From a virus (lineage: Duplodnaviria; Caudoviricetes): a DNA stretch of 37,218 nucleotides. Location: IMG/VR virus record IMGVR_UViG_3300020452_000405, positions 1 to 37,218 of that record; one strand, given 5' to 3'. Positions 33,168-37,218 of the stretch are shown here, in pieces. The translations under genes were made by a program, and so were the position numbers. Numbering within the stretch: position 1 is the stretch's first letter; the number at the start of each line of letters is the position of its first letter. The notes under the pieces were generated by a model. It had not been told where the DNA came from. It worked only from the letters and a program-made list of their open reading frames with translations, and did not search any database.

Positions 33168-33184
33168 AAATTTCGCCCCGTGGG

Positions 33185-33213
33185 TTGACAAACTTCGATC
33201 CTCATGGTACGCT
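33185..33213 (+). promoter_or_regulatory. sigma70-type promoter with no downstream plus-strand ORF
   Basis: TTGACA-17 nt (ending TGg)-TACGCT, pointing into the AT-rich tract at about 33240-33420. Confidence 0.55.
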
Positions 33214-33422
33214 CGCTAAACTTGCATAAGCAGAGAGCATTTATCAGTGATTTATACTATAATTATACCATAAAAACACGAATAATTCAACCCTTAAACC
33301 CTACAAAAGATACTCAAGGATACTATCCTTATAAAAAACAGTTTTATATTTATAAAGGTATTTAAAACCTTTTTTTAATGTTATTCTGTATCAACCGCTA
33401 CGTTTTTCAATAGAATCCCCCT

Positions 33423-33866
33423 CTATGACCAAGGAAGACTTGCACCTACTCTTATCTCTCTATTACCATCATAATCATACTGTGTTTTTGGTGGTAAAAT
33501 ACTCTCCTCAATCCTCTGTATTTCTGTACTTCCTAACCCTGTTCTTACCCATCCCAGTACATCATTCTCAGTTAAATCTGCGAGTGCTATTGTAGGTGAA
33601 CTCCCTTCCAATTCCATAGAGTGATTGTATGACTTTCTATTCAAAGTTTTATTAGATCCTATGCCTACCTGAGCAGTACATACCACACTGTATGATACAC
33701 TATCTACCAACCCATTACTCTTTAAACTTCTTATGCCATTCACACTCCAAGTCGTAGTAATACCTGCACTTGTACTTGTAGCATCACTAAAGGGTAAAGG
33801 TGTTGTAGCACTGCCAGTAGTTAATATACCTGCCTGACTTATATGCTGGTCAAATGTTTGTGCCAT
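33423..33866 (-). CDS. Hypothetical phage protein (147 aa; ...LTENDVLGWV...LPWS type), possibly virion/tail-associated
   Basis: ORF track. The TWSV, DLTE..VLGWV and C-terminal PW motifs recall a common marine-phage family. Function is inferred only. Confidence 0.65.
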   Translation of the reverse strand: MAQTFDQHISQAGILTTGSATTPLPFSDATSTSAGITTTWSVNGIRSLKSNGLVDSVSYSVVCTAQVGIGSNKTLNRKSYNHSMELEGSSPTIALADLTENDVLGWVRTGLGSTEIQRIEESILPPKTQYDYDGNREIRVGASLPWS

Positions 33867-33875
33867 TACTCTCAG

Positions 33876-34073
33876 TTATACTTGATTACTTATATTTACA
33901 CTTGGAGACTTGTCCCAATGGCGTATCACTCCACTTACTATAAAACAATTGGTCACTACTAACTGTAGCATCACAATCGTCCTTATAATACAAATAGCAT
34001 TATCGTATTTGTGCGTTTTCTTATCGTTAAAACTTCCAAGTGCATACTTCCATACTCTCAGAAATTCTCTCAT
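33876..34073 (-). CDS. Small membrane protein (WKYALGSF...IRHW)
   Basis: Restarted at ATG 34073. It has one hydrophobic C-terminal segment. Confidence 0.75.
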   Translation of the reverse strand: MREFLRVWKYALGSFNDKKTHKYDNAICIIRTIVMLQLVVTNCFIVSGVIRHWDKSPSVNISNQV

Positions 34074-34077
34074 CTTT

Positions 34078-34437
34078 CTACGGGTCAATGTATCGGTGTT
34101 CCTGTGATTTATAAGTGCTTGTAATTTCGGGCGTTGCGTCCCTCGTTAGCTCGTCTCTCCTATTTCTAATATATTCTAATTCCTCCCAGTTCTCCTTATA
34201 ACACAATAATAAGATATGAATCATCTTGTGCCTCATAGGTTTGCCAGAGGTGTAAACACAATCGACTTTCGGTCTAATACCCGTCTCTATGGTAATATAC
34301 TGACTAAGAGGTTTCCATCCCTCTTTAACACGTTTTTCATTATCAACTGGTTCTCCTTTAAAGTAAACCCATCCTTCATGAACCTGCCCCAAAGAGGTAG
34401 TCCACTTAACATAATCATCAACTTGTGGTTCATACAT
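34078..34437 (-). CDS. Hypothetical protein (119 aa, MYEPQVDDYVKW...EGWVYF)
   Basis: ORF track, tightly packed with its neighbours. Confidence 0.8.
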   Translation of the reverse strand: MYEPQVDDYVKWTTSLGQVHEGWVYFKGEPVDNEKRVKEGWKPLSQYITIETGIRPKVDCVYTSGKPMRHKMIHILLLCYKENWEELEYIRNRRDELTRDATPEITSTYKSQEHRYIDP

Positions 34438-34597
34438 TTCTTTCTGGAATCGCTCTGAGTCGGTTGGGGTTTAATCCTTCTGCCAATGCTGATTCCAATC
34501 GTGCCTTTGCTTGTTCCTTTGTAAGTTTAACTGATCTCTCATCTAAGAGTGTCCAACCTACTGTTCCAAGTTCTTCAATCCTATAGAGTTTATCCAT
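34430..34597 (-). CDS. Small hypothetical protein (55 aa, MDKLYRIEE...LTKEQAK...NPNRLRA)
   Basis: Restarted at ATG 34597 (GGA ribosome-binding site, 8-nt overlap with the upstream gene). Confidence 0.75.
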   Translation of the reverse strand: MDKLYRIEELGTVGWTLLDERSVKLTKEQAKARLESALAEGLNPNRLRAIPERNV

Positions 34598-34775
34598 TGT
34601 CCTTACTAATTCTAAATGTATCTTCTGATATGCTACTGATTGTACATTTTTCAATAATGAACGCTTCTGCTTGCTCTTTAGTGAGTCTACCCTTTTGCCG
34701 ACACCAATCAGATCCAGATTGGTCATTCAATCGTTTCTCAACTTGATAAAGTTGCTCCTTCTTCTTTCGTGCCAT
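34590..34775 (-). CDS. Small hypothetical protein (61 aa), probable paralog of 34430-34597
   Basis: Shares LYxxE...W...LTKEQA with the adjacent gene. Confidence 0.7.
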   Translation of the reverse strand: MARKKKEQLYQVEKRLNDQSGSDWCRQKGRLTKEQAEAFIIEKCTISSISEDTFRISKDNG

Positions 34776-34779
34776 AGTT

Positions 34780-35010
34780 CTAAGTTGTAAATGCGTCTAT
34801 GATTGCAGACTCGTAATTATCTGCTAGTTTGAGTTTTTGTGCCTTCATTACATTAGGCATAATCCTATCAGTGTATCCATCATAAAATCCATCTTCAGAT
34901 GATAGTAGTTCAAATGCTTCAGAATCATCCTCGGCAATTACATTAACTACTCCACCATACTCAGATTGAGGAAATGGAATCCAATAGTCAACAATATAAA
35001 GATATTTCAT
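34780..35010 (-). CDS. Hypothetical protein (76 aa, YIVDYWIPFPQSEYGG)
   Basis: ORF track, with an ATGA overlap with the upstream gene. Confidence 0.8.
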   Translation of the reverse strand: MKYLYIVDYWIPFPQSEYGGVVNVIAEDDSEAFELLSSEDGFYDGYTDRIMPNVMKAQKLKLADNYESAIIDAFTT

Positions 35011-35192
35011 TTATCTATAATACCACGATTTCTCTTCTCTGACAATGCTTTCTGTTGGCGTTCAAGTATAAACTTTATATCCCTAAGTGATGCACTTAAC
35101 AATGCACCATCAGCATTATCTTGAAACAAATCCTCTAAGTGAGCAATATGCTCAAATGCGAAGTTTAATTCAGTTTGACGATTCATTCTCAT
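35007..35192 (-). CDS. Hypothetical helical protein (61 aa)
   Basis: ORF track, with 4-nt overlaps on both sides. Confidence 0.75.
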   Translation of the reverse strand: MRMNRQTELNFAFEHIAHLEDLFQDNADGALLSASLRDIKFILERQQKALSEKRNRGIIDK

Positions 35193-35767
35193 AAGATACT
35201 CTTGTCGATTACAGTAGTAGGTATATTAGCAGCATCTACTCTGGAATAACCAGCAGTGAATGTCGTTACTAATGCCGTCCTGAATCCTTTATGTGGTAGA
35301 ATAACACTATGAGGTAATCCATCAAATATAATGGCATCATCCTCTTGAGGATAATATTCCTCATCTTCTACTATCACTTGTCCACCCTCACCCTCATTAT
35401 GACTATCAAAATAGATCAGTAGGTTCTTATGTGGGAACTCATGATCAACGTGTATCGGTGTTCGTTGATTACCATCTTGAGCATAGGTCATATTTAAATT
35501 CATCCTATGGATAGTATTTAATTCATAACCGTTCATACCTAAGATTTCAGAGACTACATTCTTTGCAAAATCAGTATGATTACATACTGGACGTGAATAT
35601 CCTACACCATCAGGGCGTATGATAAATGGATGTGAAAAATATGATGGATTCTTACCTTGAGTGCTTAAACCCTCATGCCCCCATACAAACATAGGAGTCC
35701 TTATCATTTCTTTGAACTGTTGATAAGTCTCTGTTTTATGGTTCTTTAATTTGATTATTAAACTCAT
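35189..35767 (-). CDS. 2OG-Fe(II) oxygenase superfamily protein (192 aa)
   Basis: RMNLN, HxD (HVDH), NLLIYF, IIFDGLPH and R.ALVTTF. Confidence 0.75.
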   Translation of the reverse strand: MSLIIKLKNHKTETYQQFKEMIRTPMFVWGHEGLSTQGKNPSYFSHPFIIRPDGVGYSRPVCNHTDFAKNVVSEILGMNGYELNTIHRMNLNMTYAQDGNQRTPIHVDHEFPHKNLLIYFDSHNEGEGGQVIVEDEEYYPQEDDAIIFDGLPHSVILPHKGFRTALVTTFTAGYSRVDAANIPTTVIDKSIL

Positions 35768-35949
35768 AGGTGAAATTCACTCATATAATAATCAAGATCA
35801 ACTCCTAACTCCTTTGCTTTATATGCAGCATAGGATTTATTATATTGACGAGTGGATTCTCTTCTAATATAATTCAATTCTTCAACTGAGGCACGTTCAG
35901 CGAACACCTTCAGCATTTCAGTAAATTCTAATATCTCATCATCCATCAT
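35764..35949 (-). CDS. Hypothetical protein (61 aa, ...KAKELGVDLDYYMSEF)
   Basis: ORF track, with 4-nt overlaps. Confidence 0.7.
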   Translation of the reverse strand: MMDDEILEFTEMLKVFAERASVEELNYIRRESTRQYNKSYAAYKAKELGVDLDYYMSEFHL

Positions 35950-36176
35950 ACAGTCAATCCAATACTACCATCACCAAACACCTCATCAGCAGTATAATCA
36001 TTATTATAATTCTTCATTGCTCTTAAGGTATCAAGTGTGAGTTGAGTTGCTTTCTCTGATTCATCGTGGTTATGAATGTGAAAGAATTGATCTTGCATTA
36101 TATCTTCTAAGTGATCCTGTAGTAGATTAAAGATTAAATCATACTCAGATTCATTTAATAGAACTGACTTTTCCAT
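35946..36176 (-). CDS. Hypothetical acidic protein (76 aa)
   Basis: ORF track, with a promoter directly upstream. Confidence 0.7.
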   Translation of the reverse strand: MEKSVLLNESEYDLIFNLLQDHLEDIMQDQFFHIHNHDESEKATQLTLDTLRAMKNYNNDYTADEVFGDGSIGLTV

Positions 36177-36201
36177 AGTGGCGTAGGTGATGCTACAACT
36201 A

Positions 36202-36230
36202 ATTATAACACTTTTCTTATATTATGTAAA
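36202..36230 (-). promoter_or_regulatory. sigma70-type promoter
   Basis: TTTACA-17 nt (ending TGt)-TATAAT. Confidence 0.65.
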
Positions 36231-36446
36231 CGCTTGTGTCAATTTACCAGTTCCAATTACAATTAAAAATGATAACATAATCACTACATCCCACCCCTTA
36301 GTTCTTATAAAGTATGGAATACTTAAGAAGTTACTCACCAAATACATTGCTGCTCCTACTGTAGTACTAACGTGTAATACAATAAAGTAGGATACAACAA
36401 TCAATACCGATCCGATTGCTCTACTTAATGAATCAATCTTAATCAT
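36222..36446 (-). CDS. Small membrane protein (74 aa, about 3 hydrophobic segments)
   Basis: Restarted at ATG 36446: MIKIDSLSRAIGSVLIVVSYFIVLHV...IPYFIRTKGWDVVIMLSF. Confidence 0.75.
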   Translation of the reverse strand: MIKIDSLSRAIGSVLIVVSYFIVLHVSTTVGAAMYLVSNFLSIPYFIRTKGWDVVIMLSFLIVIGTGKLTQAFT

Positions 36447-36645
36447 GGAAAGTTGGTATGAAAGTCTCCATTGTTTCATAATGTGCATCAACAGCACCTT
36501 CCAACTCTTCAAAGACTCTCTCTATCTCATCAGTAGTTTGATGTCTATGTGCATGAACCTGTAACACAAATAATATTGTGCTAATCTCTTGTTCTGTTAA
36601 TGCACAGATCAGTTTCGTTTCTGCTGTCATCGTTGGTTCTCTCAT
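36439..36645 (-). CDS. Hypothetical protein (63-68 aa)
   Basis: ORF track. The start may be the ATG at 36630. Confidence 0.65.
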   Translation of the reverse strand: MREPTMTAETKLICALTEQEISTILFVLQVHAHRHQTTDEIERVFEELEGAVDAHYETMETFIPTFHD

Positions 36646-36721
36646 TATAAAGGAAATAATACTTGATAGTGGGTGATGCTTCTTTTAACTCTTCATACAC
36701 CTCAGAGTCTAATGGTTCCAT
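36581..36721 (-). CDS. Possible small protein (46 aa)
   Basis: Hand-translated MEPLDSEVYEELKEASPTIKYYFLYNERTNDDSRNETDLCINRTRD. It is TAATG-coupled to the upstream gene but overlaps the next gene by 50-65 nt. Confidence 0.4.
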   Translation of the reverse strand: MEPLDSEVYEELKEASPTIKYYFLYNERTNDDSRNETDLCINRTRD

Positions 36722-36885
36722 TAATCCTCATCAAATGGTAGATCAAGTTTAACAATGCAATTGTCAACATTATCCTGATAATCAAGGATCTGAGTCGGAC
36801 ATTCACTTAACCACTCTTGAAACTGCTCATACCTTGATTTTGGTTTTGGATGCAGTTCCTTATACTGTTCTGATAAGTAACTCAT
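36721..36885 (-). CDS. Small hypothetical protein (54 aa, ...FQEWLSECPTQI...)
   Basis: Hand-translated MSYLSEQYKELHPKPKSRYEQFQEWLSECPTQILDYQDNVDNCIVKLDLPFDED, with an ATGA overlap with the upstream gene. Confidence 0.7.
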   Translation of the reverse strand: MSYLSEQYKELHPKPKSRYEQFQEWLSECPTQILDYQDNVDNCIVKLDLPFDED

Positions 36886-37076
36886 TGTTTTTTCTTAAAT
36901 TGATAGTTAACAAAATACCATTGGTAGTTTTCATTTGCAACATCATCATCACCACAGATGTATTCTTGTGCTATTGAGTCAGCATCTTCATGTTGCTCGT
37001 TATCTCTTAACTGTTTAAATCTTTCAATGTAGTGCTGACTTAAGATTTCTACACTTTCTGCTAATTCAGTATTCAT
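36882..37076 (-). CDS. Hypothetical protein (64 aa)
   Basis: Restarted at ATG 37076 (TAATG coupling). Confidence 0.7.
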   Translation of the reverse strand: MNTELAESVEILSQHYIERFKQLRDNEQHEDADSIAQEYICGDDDVANENYQWYFVNYQFKKKQ

Positions 37077-37218
37077 TATGTTAACCACTTTTCATCAGTT
37101 GTTTCTAACATTTTACCCACCTTATATTCATCTCCTCCTACATACTCAACCTCTTCATAATGTTTGCAATGTTCAAAATCAGATGCAATTCTCTTTGCTT
37201 CAGTCTTATTTTCTGCAC
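37076..37218 (-). CDS. 3' part of a hypothetical protein (starts outside the window)
   Basis: Open frame ...AENKTEAKRIASDFEHCKHYEEVEYVGGDEYKVGKMLETTDEKWLT* ending at 37076. Confidence 0.65.
   Translation of the reverse strand, partial: AENKTEAKRIASDFEHCKHYEEVEYVGGDEYKVGKMLETTDEKWLT

Noticed and set aside
1-37218. tRNA/rRNA genes, integrase or transposase, alternative genetic code
   Set aside because: No cloverleaf or rRNA-like sequence was recognised by eye, no recombinase motifs were seen, and genes tile densely under the standard code with all three stop codons in use.

Overview
This is a fragment of a T4-like marine cyanomyophage genome (Kyanoviridae-like; the AT-rich structural genes suggest a Prochlorococcus-type host, which is an inference). 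Essentially all genes are on the minus strand. Bases 1-26.6 kb are a late structural operon: gp25, gp6, a 4930-aa gp7, gp8, a 2529-aa VrlC-like virion protein, and the start of a gene with an MKTFQEF..E leader. T4 late promoter motifs (TATAAATA) precede gp25 and gp8. Bases 26.6-28.65 kb hold small genes, a glycosyltransferase-like gene, a 2OG-Fe(II) oxygenase and an AbrB-like regulator, with sigma70-type promoters. Bases 28.7-32.5 kb are a GC-richer early array of tiny genes, including an ArdA-like anti-restriction protein. Most are preceded by a repeated cassette: a GTGCCA-N10-TGGCAC palindrome, a hairpin and a -10 box at fixed spacing. Bases 32.5-33.4 kb are a mostly non-coding hub with divergent and convergent promoters, an NtcA-like box, an array of ATCTCGNCGAGAT palindromes, a 47-aa acidic ORF and an AT-rich tract. 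Bases 33.4-37.2 kb are small hypothetical genes and a second 2OG-Fe(II) oxygenase. The most notable signals are the mosaic gene-cassette array, the palindrome hub (candidate origin or packaging site) and nested domain insertions in gp7. No searches were run, so all family calls come from motif recognition and gene order.
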